Shown here: in pieces, positions 11,460 to 24,149 of the stretch
Layout of the letters: every line of letters starts with the position of its first letter
How positions within the stretch are numbered: the first letter of the stretch is position 1
From: Octopus sinensis
Lineage: Eukaryota
Direction: 5' to 3'
Assembly: GCF_006345805.1 (NCBI RefSeq)
Contig: NC_043010.1
Span: forward strand, 48,360,001-48,424,000
Length of the DNA: 64,000 bases
The notes under the pieces: model-generated
Told to the model about the DNA's origin: nothing
Database searches by the model: none
The model's input: the letters and a program-made list of their open reading frames with translations, nothing else
Program-made: the position numbers and the translations under genes

Positions 11460-12010
11460 TCTGAAGGCACATGGTTCAGTGGTTAGAGCGTCAGGCTCAC
11501 AATCATAAGACAGTGAGTTCAATTCCCGGACTGGACTGTGTGTTGTGTTCTTGAGCAAGATACTTTATTTTATGTTGCTCCAGTCCACTCAGCTGTAGAA
11601 ATGAGTTGTGATGTCACTGATGCCAAGTTGTATCAGCCTTTGCCTTCCCCTTGGATAACATTGGTGGTGTGGAGAGGGGAGGCTGGTATGCTTGGGTGAC
11701 TGCTGGTCTTCCATAAACAACCTTGCCCAGATTTGTGCCTTGGTGGTTGTTGTTGTTAAGCAACAAGACGGGTAAGGGTGATTAGGTGATGGTCTAGGGC
11801 TTAGGGGCGGGAGACCCCAGACCTTGGAGAAAAATAACTTTGGTCATCTTGTTGTAGTCGAGGGCTCTTCGTTGACATTTGACACCACTGGGAGCTGGCC
11901 CTCGAAGTCGCTGGAAATGGAGATCTCCTGGTCCAAATTCTTGAACGGCTGCCTTGGTGGGGAACTTTCTAGGTGCAATCCCATGGTCATTCATGACCAA
12001 AGGGGGTCTT
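11460..12010 (+). mobile_element. SINE head D/tail iii interrupted by a 203-bp insert
   Basis: Aligns to 5023-5365 on both sides of the insert. Confidence 0.75.
11747..11949 (-). mobile_element. Unclassified 5'-truncated retroelement end with (AAC)n tail
   Basis: 11-bp TSD tgccttggtgg at 11736-11746 and 11950-11960; (ttg)n at the left end. Confidence 0.65.
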
Positions 12011-14106
12011 TACTCTTTACCCTTTTATGCTGACCTACACCAGTTTTGTTTCAATTAATTTTGAAAATAATGAAGCATTTAGTATAATATCTTTGAACTT
12101 ATTAAGCTGGTGTTTGGAACATAAATTAACTTGAAAATTTGATGCAAGGTTTTCATCAAAATTCACAAACCCTTTAGCATTCAGATTATTCTGTCAAAAC
12201 TAATGGTTATTTATTCACATGTCTTTAATTAATCATGCATTGTCTGGTAGCATTTAGATTTTGATGAGGTAACTGTTAAAATTTAGAATGACATTGTAGG
12301 GTAGGTGTGAGAGGCCACACCTGACTGATCTATTATATAAAATCCGTTCTGACTGTGTGTGTGTCTTGTAGGATCTTGGGCATTCTCCATCCGATTGTGC
12401 TCAAATTTGATATGTAGATACTGATGGTATCAGAGCGTGTATAATTACAAAAATTGATTCCAGGTGAGGATGCGATCGATAAAGCCGTGGGAACGTGCAT
12501 TTGTATGTGTAAGTACATTAGCTGTTGCAATCGATAGTACATGTACACGAGAAAAATGTATGTGCAATTTGTGCAAAAAAAGCCGACTTGTTTGGTGTCT
12601 CAAACTTAGGTTAAATCAGTGTTTCTCAAAGGGGAGGCCTATGGGATGGTTGGAGAAGTTGTTTTGAGAAAATTTGCTTTAAATATTTGACAACTCAGCA
12701 CTGTCCATTTGATGGGGTGGGGCGTTTTGCTCGTTTGAGTATAAAACAGAATATTTGGGCTGGATATGGCTGGTTCAAATACTAAAGGGTTAAAAAAAAG
12801 AAGTGTATATCATAGAACAAAGGGCAGCCCTGGGTGGGTTGGTATCAAAAGGGTTAATACACAATTTTATTTTTAAACAAAAGGATGCAGAGAAATCAGG
12901 TAATTTCTTTTAATTTATTTCAATTTTTTTTCTGTATTCTTCAAATGGAATTATTTTTTGGATAAACAGGTATTTCATCATTTGCATGTTTATTATAACA
13001 TTTGACGAACTGTTTTCTTTCAAGAATAAAGATTAAGTATCAAGGGAAGTTCTAATTATGTTGATCTGCTTTGAGAAACCTTAACTGGATGTACTAATGA
13101 AATATGAATAATTTTGTTGTTGTTGTTGTTTTGTTCAGTGTGCACAAAATATTTTTAGACTTTTATTTGAATAATTCAAAAAGAAAAAGAAATTATTTTG
13201 CTTGAGAGGAAAATATAATCAATCCCAGTATTTCGTTAGTTTTGTTTTTCATTTTTAAAACTAGATAACATATAATTACTTTTCTATTGTTATGTGTATT
13301 AGTATTTATGTAGTAAGATTTTTCCTCATTTAAAATTTAGCTTATACATGTATCTTATGACTCTCATTAATTCAACTTAATTAAGAAGGATTAATTTGCC
13401 AATGAGATTCAGATATACTGGTATACTAATTATAAACTGACAAGTTTTTAAACAATTCAATATATGTATGTATACAAGTAAAAGTACCATTCTATATAAT
13501 GTGCACAATATTTTCATTTAGCAATTGCAACATACAGTTGTGATTTCAAAACTCATTCAATTCATATTCATGCTACAATTTGTTTTAAAACAAACTGTGA
13601 GGACTACAATTTTTTCTTGAAAATATTTTAAAGATGGATTTTGCTTAATTTCATCAGTAAACTATAATTTCCCTAGCTTAAGTGTTGTGAATCACTACAG
13701 TTGAAATATTGATTTCCTGAAATGCTCTCACCTTAATTAAATTCAACTTATTTAATTATCTCTTTACACCTGTTAAATGGCTATGTAATTTCTAACTGGC
13801 AACAAGTCTCTGCAGAATATTGAACTTCAGATTGCAGTGGTGTTTACATTTATGTTATTTTATTCTTAATAACAATCTAACTATTAGCTAAGTACAGTGT
13901 TACCTTGGTATTTTTGACTTATTATTTTTATAAACAAATAATGTTAAAAGCTGGAATTCTTATTAATTAATTTTCTGGACAAAAATAAATAAGTCAATGA
14001 GTGGAAATTGGGCCAGTGAGTGTGTTAAATTAATAAGGCACTAAAAGAGAATGACTCTCACCAGACATAATAAACTCTGGTCATGTTTTTAACATTACCA
14101 GTATAG

Positions 14107-14440
14107 CGAAGGCACATGACTAAGTGGTTAGGGTCTTTGGCTCAAGATTGTAAGGCTATGAGTTTGATACATGGTAGTGTGTTGTGTCCTTCAACAAGAC
14201 ACTTTATTTCACATTGCTCCAGTCTACTCAGCTGGCAAAAAACAAGTAGTACCTGTATTTCAAAAGGCCAGCCTTGTCACACTCTGTTTCAAGCTGAATC
14301 TCCTTGAGAACTACATTAAGGGAACACATGTTTGTGGAATACTCAGCCACTTGCATGTTAATTCTTCCATGAGCAGGCTGTTCTGTTGATTTGATCAACT
14401 GGAACCCACATCATCATAAATGACAAAGCGGCAGTTTTAA
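14107..14440 (+). mobile_element. SINE head D with tail type i
   Basis: Matches 2668-2990 and the tail of 62880-63258. Confidence 0.75.
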
Positions 14441-14478
14441 CATCACCAGTGAAGTGTAGACATCATCTCACTTCTTAA

Positions 14479-14699
14479 CCCGTTCATTATGAACCCGGCT
14501 GAAACCGACTCTGGTTCTGTAGTACGAATATCTTGTTTTCATAAGTTTCGAATTAAAATCTTCCACCAAATCTTAGTCACAATTTATGTTCCTAACACCA
14601 GCTTAATGATAACTAAGTTATTTTACTCAATACTTTGTTATATTTAAAATAATTAAAAGAAACACAGAGCATCTCAAAATAAATACAGTAACGAAAGGA
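14479..14699. mobile_element. piggyBac-like MITE (TTAA target)
   Basis: ttaa|cccgttcatta ... gtaacgaaagga|ttaa: TIR-like ends and TTAA duplication. Confidence 0.65.
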
Positions 14700-14857
14700 T
14701 TAAAGTAGTGATGAAAGAATCATGAAACAAAGATGCAAGATTGCACACATTTTAGCATAAAAATAAAGAATTATTTAGAAAATATATTGCTCTGAGACAT
14801 TATAATTGCATTATATTCTTGCTTTCATTTATTTAAAAAATTTTTTTTTGTTTAAAG

Positions 14858-15054
14858 GACACAAGCCCGAAACACCAGTGGGTTATCTCTGATGGTCCTG
14901 TTGATGCCCTCTGGATAGAAAACATGAATACTGTTCTTGATGACAATAAAATGCTTTGCCTGGCAAACAGTGAAAGAATCAAGTTAACACCTTATATCCA
15001 CATGTTGTTTGAAGTTGAAGATCTTGCAGTTGCCTCTCCTGCAACTGTTAGTCG
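14858..15054 (+). CDS. DNAH6: Dynein heavy chain exon ([43 protein letters not shown]...ASPATVS); absent from the supplied ORF track
   Basis: Translated by hand; tttaaag|GAC acceptor, CG|gtaagt donor (phase 2); invariant [20 protein letters not shown] motif. Confidence 0.95.
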
Positions 15055-15112
15055 GTAAGTGTTACCAGAACACTGTGGAGAAGCTTCTTTCAGTATATTA
15101 TATATATCCAAG

Positions 15113-15240
15113 CTCAGTCCCACTGCGTGGCACCTTGGGCAAGTGTCTTCTACTATAGCCTTGGGCCGACCAAAGCCTTGTGAGTGGATTTGGTAGATGG
15201 AAACTGAAAGAAGTCCATTGTATATATATATATATATATT

Positions 15241-15286
<46 letters not shown>

Positions 15287-15490
15287 TATATGTTTGTGTG
15301 TTTTAGACAACCGATGCTGGTATGTTTACATCCCTGTAACTTAGCGGTTCAGCAAAAGAGACTGATAGAATAAGTACTAGGCTTACAAAGAATAAGTCCT
15401 GGGGTCGATTTGCTTAGCTAAAGGCGGTGCTCCAGCATTGCCATAGTCAAATGACTGAAACAAGTAAAAGAGTAAAGAGTAAAGAGTAAG
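15113..15490 (+). mobile_element. SINE family A (5' end slightly truncated)
   Basis: Matches 3719-4117; a partial inverted copy follows at ~15560-15790. Confidence 0.8.
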
Positions 15491-15743
15491 ATATATATAT
15501 ACATGCTTTGTCATAGAACTTCACTTCTTATTTTATGACAACTTCTTTATCCTTTTATCTTTTGTTTTTCTTGTTTCAGTCAATGGACTGTTGCCATGAT
15601 GGGGCTTTTAGTTGGACAAATTTACTCCAGTACTTACATTTTTAAGTCTGGTACTTATTCGTCTCTTTTGGCAAACCACTAAGTTACAAGGATGTAAACA
15701 AACTAACACATGTCAAATGGTGAGGGCAACAAATATGGACTCA

Positions 15744-15798
<55 letters not shown>

Positions 15799-16070
15799 AG
15801 AGCCTGGTTGGCCAGACAATCAGTCAAAGGCTGCTAAAATTTGCAGGCCACTGTTTTCATCAAACGGATCTACTCATCACTGTGCCTTTTTTTCTGTAAC
15901 CCTGTGGAGATGTTCAAGTCTGGTGGTCAGGCCTGCATGATGTGTGCCTGTGAATTCATGTGGGATATGGGACTATGCTCTGTCTTGGACTTGGCATGTG
16001 CAATGCTCTCTTGCTCAGCCTGGAGGGAAATTTGCTCATGAGTTGGAGTCAATGACCTGATGTGGCATAG

Positions 16071-16171
<101 letters not shown>

Positions 16172-17539
16172 CTAATACTTACCCAGTGATGAAGGAGTTT
16201 CTATGTATTTACTTGGCCTGCTAGAAATAGCAGCTAAATCCTTCTTAACTCATTAGCATTCAGATTATTCCGTTAAATGTAAATGCTTATTTATTCCCAT
16301 TACTTTGAATTAATTATGAATTATCTTGCAACTTCAATATTCTGATAACATAGTGGTTTATTTTTAGAATAACATAGTAGGGTAGGTGTGAGGGGCCAGA
16401 TTTGGCCAGTCTGAACATAAAGAAGGTAGAATGTTTTACCAGATATGGACGGTTTGAATGCTAAAGGGTTAACTCACACCATATTATCTTAAATAGAAGG
16501 AAGAGCATATTGTATAATATAGTTTGAGATTCATTATGTCTGAAACCCCCCCCACACACACAAATATAAAATAAAACAAGACAAACGAAACAAAAAATGG
16601 AACAGGTAGGTCATGGCTGGAATATCTTTGATGTGAGACACAGGACTGCGATCTGTCTCAAGAGTTGGCATGTGCAATGTCATCTCACATAGCCTGGAGG
16701 AAAAATCGCTCTCAAGTTGGAATTTACTTGATTAGAGGTGATTTGGGGTTAAACAATAACATCTGCACAAATTATTTAGCCGGAAATAATTACAAAACTC
16801 ACAAGAATGGTTATGTTTAAAATTTATATTTATCAAAAAAAATATAATGGATTTCCTATAAAAATATATGTTATGAAATATAATAAAGCTATTTCTCTTC
16901 CTGACAACTAAAGTGTCTTATGGAGAGAGACACACACACAGCTTATCACCTGAAGTGAAACTCATAACTGCAGTGTAGAATTTTGTTACTTTATCTGCTA
17001 AATTATTCTGTTTCTCTTCTGCGTTTATAAAAACATGCTATGACAGACAATATGTTGTATCATTCTCTGATTTTTTCATTTTATTTTTATGTAGCCTGAA
17101 GCAAATAATTGATTTTATGTTTCATTACAACATTCACAAGAAGAATTTTTTTCCCCCCTACAATACTGTTGATTATGTTGTATGGGTTCTTTTGCTCTCT
17201 AGTTTATGTAGGGAAGCAATAATTTTTTTTTTTTTTTTTGAAAGAGAACTTTTACACCTGTTGCCTTATTTCTGTAAATTACTTATGAATTAGTTAACAA
17301 TATATTTTTTTTTACCTTTTTTTTCAATTTCAATCTTTGAAATGTTGAAAGGCTTTTGAGAAATTCTGAATGTAATTGTACCCAGAGAATTATCCACTTC
17401 TAATAATGACATCTTCTGAAACAGCACAAGCTGGGAAGGTTGTTGTGTAGACTTCAGGAATCCATGTTTAACTGAAAAGAATTGCAGAAGTAAAGAGTCA
17501 GGGCTTGTCTGGTAGTAACTGTTGTAAAATATTGATTTA

Positions 17540-18175
17540 AAATTTTGGCACAAGGCCAGTAAGATCGAGGAAGGGTTAAATCAATTACATTGACCCTAAT
17601 GTTCAACTGGTATTTATTTTATTGTTCCTGAAAGGATGAAAGGCAAAGTTGATCTTGGTGGAATTTGAACTCAGAACGTGGAGTTGGATGAAATGTCGTT
17701 AAGCATTTTACCTGGCATGCTTACAATTCTGCTAGCTTACTGCTTTTACTCTAGTAATATATTGAAGCAAAGGTGGCGAGCTGGCAGAAATGTTAGCATG
17801 CTGGGCGGAATGCTTAGCAGTATTTCGTCGGCCGTTACGTTCTGAGTTCAAATTCCACCAAGGTTGACTTTGCCTTTCATCCTTTCGGGGTCGATAAATT
17901 ACGCACTGAGGTCAATGTAATCAACTAAATCCCTTTGTCTGTCCTTGTTTGTCCTCTCTATGTTTAGCCCCTTGTGGGCAATAAAGAAATAAGAAATATT
18001 AGCATGCCAGGTGAAATGCTTAGCAGTATTTCGTCTGTCTTTACATTCCGAGTTCAAATTCCGCCAAAGTTGATTTTGCCTTTTATCCCTTTGGAGTTAA
18101 TAAATTAAGTACCAGTTGTGTACTGGGGTCAATCTAATTGACTAGCTCTCTCCCCCAAAATTTCAGGCCTTGTGG
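17540..18175. mobile_element. Cluster of SINE B copies (minus copy ~17540-17745, plus-strand dimer ~17771-18175)
   Basis: Shared core gacctcggcggaatttgaactcagaacg in both orientations. Confidence 0.75.
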
Positions 18176-18769
18176 CTAGAGTAGAAAAGAAAAGAATATA
18201 ATATTGAAGTATTTTTGTCATTGTTTTAGACATGTTTTACTGTTTATCTTTACTCTTTTGTCCGTTACTTGTTATGGTCATAGGACTGGCCATGCTGTAG
18301 CATAGCCTTGAAGTATTTAGTTAAACAAATCAACCCCAGTACTTTTCTTTTTTGAAGTTTGGTACTAATTCTCTTGGCCTCTTTTGCTGAACTGCTAGGT
18401 TATGGGGGGCATAAATGAATCAACACCTTTGTCAAAAAGTCAAGAAGTGTGGTGAATGGGTAACTAACACAAACACAAAAACATAGGTATATACACTCAC
18501 ACACATATGCATGCTTGTACACACACACATGCCCGCACAAGTACATATATGTGCACACAGTTTGCATTTACCAAATTCACTTGCAAGATGTAGAAGACAT
18601 TTGCCCAAGGTGCAATGCAGTGGGATTGAACCCAAAATCATGTTAAAATTTGTTCTGTAAATTGTGCATCAAAAATCATATCATTGCATATGAAATATCC
18701 AAATGTCATCTAGTTCTGGACTCTTGTATTATTATTGTTGTTAAGACAATTTGGGTGGGGGTGGGGCAG

Positions 18770-19115
18770 TCGATTAGATCGATCCCAGAATGCAACTGGT
18801 ACTTAATTTATCGACCCTGAAAAGATGAAAGGCAAAGTCAATCTCAGCAGAATTTTAAGTCAGAACGTAAAGACAGATGAAATACCTATTTCTTTACTAC
18901 CCACAAGGGGCTAAACATAGAGAGGACAAATAAGGACAGACAAACGGATTAAGTTGATTATATTGACCCCAGTGCGTAACTGGTACTTAATTTATTGACC
19001 CCGAAAGGATGAAAGGCAAAGTCAACCTTGGCAGAATTTGAACTCAGAACATAAAGACAGATGAAATACCGCTAAGCATTTCGCCCGGTGTGCTAACATT
19101 TCTGCCAGCTCATTG
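18770..19115 (-). mobile_element. SINE B tandem dimer
   Basis: Second unit joined at gatgaaatacc|tatttctttactaccc. Confidence 0.8.
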
Positions 19116-19727
19116 CCTTGTTAAGATTTGTTAAGCTCACTGCCTTGTTAAGACTGACAGAATAATAAAAAAAAAGTTTCTAAAGATAGACCCTTTCCAC
19201 TTATACATTACATTCCTCATTGAGGTAGTCTCTATGTGGTCACTTGACGTCCTAGAATTAGTAGCTGAATTTCTCACAAATCACATTTTACCATCTTATA
19301 AAAAAGAAGTATAGTAGATTAGATAATGTATTTCTAGGTACACTATCTCATCTTTTATTTATTACTTGTTTCAGTCATTAGACTGTGGCCATTCTGGGGC
19401 ACTGCCTTGAAGAATTTTTAGTTGAATATATTGATCACAGTACTTATTTTTTTTAAAGCTTGATACTTATTCTATTGGTCTCTTTTGCTGAACTGCTAAG
19501 TTACAGGAACGAAAACACACCAGTATCAGTTGTCAAGCGGTGATGGTGGTAGGACACACACATGCACACATGCATGCACATACAAATGCATGCATGCACA
19601 CATGCACCATGGGCTTCTCTCAGTTTCTGCCTACCAGATCCATTCACAAGGCCTTGGTCAGACTAAGACTACTGTAGAGGACACTTGCTCAAGGTGCCAT
19701 GTTATGGTACGGGAAGCAAGCTTCTTA

Positions 19728-20136
19728 TTTCTTTACTGCCTGCAAGGGGCTAAACATAGAGGGGACAAACAAGGACAGACAAAGGGATTAAGTTGATTAC
19801 ATTGACCCCAGTGCATAACTGGTACTTATTTAATCAACCCCAAAAGGATGAAAGGCTAAGTCGACCTTGGCGGAATTTGAACACAGAACATAGCTGCAGA
19901 TGAAATGCCTATTTCTTTACTACCCACAAGGGGCTAAACACAGAGGGGATGAACAAGGACAGACAAACAGATTAAGTCGATTATATCGACCTCAGTGCAT
20001 AACTGGTACTTATTTAATTGACCCCGAAAAGACGAAAGGCAAAGTTGACCTAGGCGGAATTTGAACTCAGAACATAGCGGCAGATGAAATACTGCTAAGC
20101 ATTTCGTCCGGCGTGCTAACGTTTCTGCCAGTTCAC
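19728..20136 (-). mobile_element. SINE B dimer inserted into a SINE A copy (19350-20175)
   Basis: 18-bp TSD cgggaagcaagcttctta at 19710-19727 and 20137-20154. Confidence 0.85.
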
Positions 20137-20399
20137 CGGGAAGCAAGCTTCTTACCACACAGCTACAACTGCAGCTGTGTATGAAGAAAAAATGCGATGG
20201 CTATGGTTAGAATGCCTTTTAACATAGATTTGTTTTGTTGAGGCTGACCTTGCCTGAACAACATTTCTCACTGGACTTGTGTTCTCTGGTTTATTCTGAT
20301 GTCATTCATGGTACTTTCAAATATAGTTGAACTACTCTCAAAAGCTGTTAATCAACTATTATCTTTAATTATAGAATCATGTATAATTAAACATTTCAG

Positions 20400-20583
20400 T
20401 TGTGGTATGGTGTACATTGATCCTGGAGGACTTCAATGGTTTCCTTATGTAGAAAAATGGATGAAGAAATGGGAAAGCCTCTTGAAAGAAACAACCAAAG
20501 AATTTCTACTTAACCTTTTCCGTGAATATGTGGACAAAGGTTTTGAATTTGTGAGAAGAAATTGTGGTCAAACTATAAATCAG
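20400..20583 (+). CDS. DNAH6: Dynein heavy chain exon (CGMVYIDPGGLQWFPYVEKW...RNCGQTINQ)
   Basis: tttcag|T completes CGT (ATVSRCGMVY); CAG|gtagac donor; frame continues into 23062. Confidence 0.92.
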
Positions 20584-20617
20584 GTAGACATATTCTTTAT
20601 TTCCTTTCCATCTTCAG

Positions 20618-20850
20618 TGGAGGCGCAATGGCCCAGTGGTTAGGGCAGCGGACTTGCGGTCGGAGGATCGCGGTTTCGATTCCCAGACCGGGCGTTGTGT
20701 GTGTTTATTGAGCGAAAAACACCTAAAAGCTCCACGAGGTTCCGGCAGGGGATGGTGGTGATCCCTGCTGTACTCTTTCACCACTCTAAAGGCGGTGCTC
20801 CAGCATGGCCGCAGTCAAATGACTGAAACAAGTACAAAAAAAAAAAAATC
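20618..20850 (+). mobile_element. SINE head C truncated and fused to the 3' end of SINE A
   Basis: Matches the 62880 head to ~20785, then ctaaaggcggtgctccagcatggccgcagtc (A tail) and poly-A. Confidence 0.75.
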
Positions 20851-21989
20851 TCCTCACCTGTCATAAAACCATCTCCCTCGATATTTACTCCCCACCACCC
20901 TCAGGTTTGGAGTCTTGTCTTGCAAGTTGCTTGAGGATTTCACTGCTGCTGATACCACATAAAAAGCAACTTGTACGCTCTGTAAAGTGGTTGGCATTAG
21001 GAAGAGCATCCAGCCACAGAAACCGTACCAAAACAGACATCAGAGCTTGGCATAAACCTCTGGAAAGCTGACATTAAATACTGATGATGACAAAATCTTC
21101 TAGACATTCACTAAAATATTTGGTTTTGCAATGAACTATTGACATTGATTTCTTTTTAATTAGGTCATAGATATTGATTTCTTTCAGTTACTTTTAATTA
21201 TTTTCAAGGATGTTCATGTCAGTTCTTGCCCCATTTAACCAGATTAAATATTTGCATTTTTCTTTTCCTATCACCATTTTTCAGTAAACAACATTTCTTC
21301 TGTTAAAAGTTCCAAGACAAAATGCCTAATGTAGCTATAACTATACAGCTAGGCAAAAAAACAGTGCTTTCAAATTTTGGCACAAAGCCTGCAGTTTTAG
21401 TGGGAAAAAGCAAGTCAAGTACATTAATCCCTCTCCAATATTTGATTGGTACTTTATTGAACCTGGTGGGATTTGAACTCAGTGAAGCAAAAAAAAATAA
21501 AAGCAAAAAAAAAAAGAAAGATCCCAAATTTTGACACAAGGTCAGGAATTTTAAGGGAAGGGCTAAGTTGATTACATCAACTTCAGTTTTCAACTGGTAC
21601 TTATTTTTTTGACTCTGAAAGAATGAAAAGCAAAATTGGCCTCATTGAAATTTAAACTCAGAACGGAAAGCCCTTGAAGAAAAACTACTAAGCATTTTGT
21701 CTAACTTATTAAAAAATTCTACCAGCTCACTGCTTTATTCTCCCAGTGTGACAGATGCTCAAGGACGTTGATGATTTAAGTTTAGTTATGTATAATTAAC
21801 AAGTTCATTAACTGAAATGTTTAGTAATTTAATGTTTCAGTAATATACTCTGTTTAAGGGGTTTCTGTCTATTAATTACTGCTGAACAGTAAATTTTCTT
21901 CATCAGACAGTATTGAAGTACTAACCCAGAAGTTAGAACAACAATGACACCAAAAACAGCAGTAACAAATAGATTTGTTAGCTTAATTT

Positions 21990-22315
21990 TAGAGTGACAT
22001 GGATTGGTATATGTCCTGTTACTCATATGATTTAGGAGTGTCACCTTAGGCTGTTTGGTCATTTTGCTTGGTTTTCTGAGTTGGATGCTGTGTACTTTGT
22101 TCTCTTCTCTGAGGATATGGTTTGGATCATAGCTTGGATGACGGCTGATTACATGCCTCATGGCCACAACAGATGAAGTATTTTGCAGAGATGGGAACTG
22201 ATCGGGATACTGCTTGGAGTGTTGCTTAGGATGACCTGAGCAAATACTGACAAATGTGGGTGCAGCGAGGTGCTGCAATGGCACTTGCCCCATACCTGAA
22301 CCTGGATTAGGATTG
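21990..22315 (+). mobile_element. Degenerate RTE-group LINE 3' end
   Basis: Reads VTHMI*ECHLRLFGHFA... and DRDTAWSVA*DD... (RLRxFGHxxR-type C-terminus); acctgaacctg tail. Confidence 0.5.
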
Positions 22316-22402
22316 GTATCATTTTGTTTAGTTACTTGGAATTAAATGGTGTGAGAAAGCTCTTAGTCTGAAGAAGCTAGTTTTCTAGTAGTATGTGATC
22401 CT

Positions 22403-22606
22403 CTTTACTCTTATACTTGTTTCAGTCATTTGACTGCGACCATGCTGGAGCATCGCCTTTAGTCGAGCAAATCGACCCCAAGACTTATTCTTTGTAAGCC
22501 TAGTACTTATTCTATCGGTCTCTTTCGCTGAACTGCTAAGTTACGGGGACATAAACACACCAGCATTAGTTGTCAAGCGATGTTGGGGGGGACAAACACA
22601 GACACA

Positions 22607-22644
<38 letters not shown>

Positions 22645-22806
22645 ACGGGCTTTTTTCAGTTTCCATCTACCAAATCCACTCACAAGGCTTTGGTTGGCCC
22701 GAGGCTATAGTAGAAGACACTTGCCCAAGTTGCCATGCAGTGGGACTGAACCTGGAACTATGTGGTTCGTAAATGAGCTACATACCACACAGCCACTCCT
22801 ACGCTT
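22403..22806 (-). mobile_element. SINE family A, full length, young
   Basis: Close match to 4155-4566. Confidence 0.85.
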
Positions 22807-23061
22807 ATAGACGATGAGAAAAATGTATGATGTGTCAGAAACGTTGCTACAACTTCATGAAATACAATATGTAGAATAATTACATGTAAAAGTTTGCTGA
22901 TTTCAAAGCTCTCCAACACATTTCCAGCATGTAAAAGACAAATGTAAAAGTTCTGCTGATTACTGAGAAGGAACGAATAATGATGATTGATATATGATAA
23001 AGACATGTTTTTTTACAGAAGTGTAAAGTGGAGTTCATGTAATATTTTATTTCAATCTTAG

Positions 23062-23295
23062 GTGAACATTTCAAAAGTTACTACTTTATGCAAACTTTAC
23101 GAGTCACTGGTGTTTTCCGAGCAGTCTAAGAAGTACATTAACTTTGATGCGAGCACTAACCAACTAAATTCGACTTTGTGCACAACTTTTATGTTTTGTT
23201 ATGTTTGGGCCATTGGCGGAAACATTCTTGAATCCAAGTGGGATGCATTTGATACCTTCACGAAGAATATGTTTGATAGCAATCCCTTTGCTAAG
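23062..23295 (+). CDS. DNAH6: Dynein heavy chain exon (VNISKVTTLC...FMFCYVWAIGGNI...NPFAK)
   Basis: tcttag|GTG acceptor, AAG|gtaagt donor, 78 codons. Confidence 0.93.
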
Positions 23296-23730
23296 GTAAG
23301 TGTTTCACTTTTCTTTTTTCTTTTCCATTTCTTAGTCTGAGGAAGAGGGTGAGTTAGTGATTATGATCTTTGTATATGTGTTTGTTTGTGTGTTTGTATG
23401 TGTGTGAGGGCAGATGGCCCAGTGGTTTGGGTGTTGCACTTACAATCATGAGACTTTGGTATCAATTCCTGGACCAGATGGTGTGTTGTGTTCTTGAGCA
23501 AAACATTTCGTCGCATGTTGCTTTGCGATCACCTCAACACCTGACATGTAGTACCACCTGTTCAGGCAATGTTGATTTGATGGAAGCAGTGAGCTAATGC
23601 ACAGCACCTATATTAGATCACTATAAAAAAAAATCATTTCTGCTGGTTGTTTAACAAGAAATTGCAGAACTATCTTTCTCAGACTATGAGAGAAGAGAAA
23701 CTACCATCATCATCATCATTATTGTTGTCG

Positions 23731-23768
<38 letters not shown>

Positions 23769-23771
<3 letters not shown>

Positions 23772-23965
23772 GGTCCCGGGTTGAGTCGGGGTTAACCACA
23801 GTAAATAAGGTACTCAATACATAGCAGAGTAAATTAATTTATTTTATAGAAGGAGCTTCTACAGGACTAGAACTGTTTCATTCAAAAGAAATCATCAGGA
23901 GCTTCCTGATGATTTCTTTTGAATGAAACAGTTCTAGTCCTGTAGAAGCTCCTTCTATAAAATAA

Positions 23966-23967
<2 letters not shown>
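23769..23967. mobile_element. Short Penelope-like pseudo-LTR-type element forming a perfect 64-bp hairpin, flanked by (TA)n
   Basis: Arms 23837-23900 and 23904-23967 are exact reverse complements with a 3-nt loop (gct); contains a hammerhead motif. PLE assignment is inference. Confidence 0.7.
23898..23952 (+). ncRNA. Type I hammerhead ribozyme motif, catalytic core intact
   Basis: Stem I GGAGCUUC(23898-905)/GAAGCUCC(23945-52); CUGAUGA 23906-12; stem II UUC/GAA with UUUU loop, closed by a U.U mismatch; GAAA 23925-28; stem III ACAG/CUGU; GUA cleavage triplet 23942-44. Confidence 0.75.
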
Positions 23968-24021
<54 letters not shown>

Positions 24022-24149
24022 GAGATATCTTATGGTAGTAGAATAGTATTTTAACTGCTATTTCTAAATTTCGGTATGTGGTGAAGCAAATTTTTCTGAA
24101 CCCTAATTATAATTATGCTCATAACTATAGAATTTATATATATATAAAT

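Noticed and set aside
22806-22850. Hammerhead-like text (acgatga...gaaacgttgcta)
   Set aside because: Two core mismatches and no stem II; likely chance.
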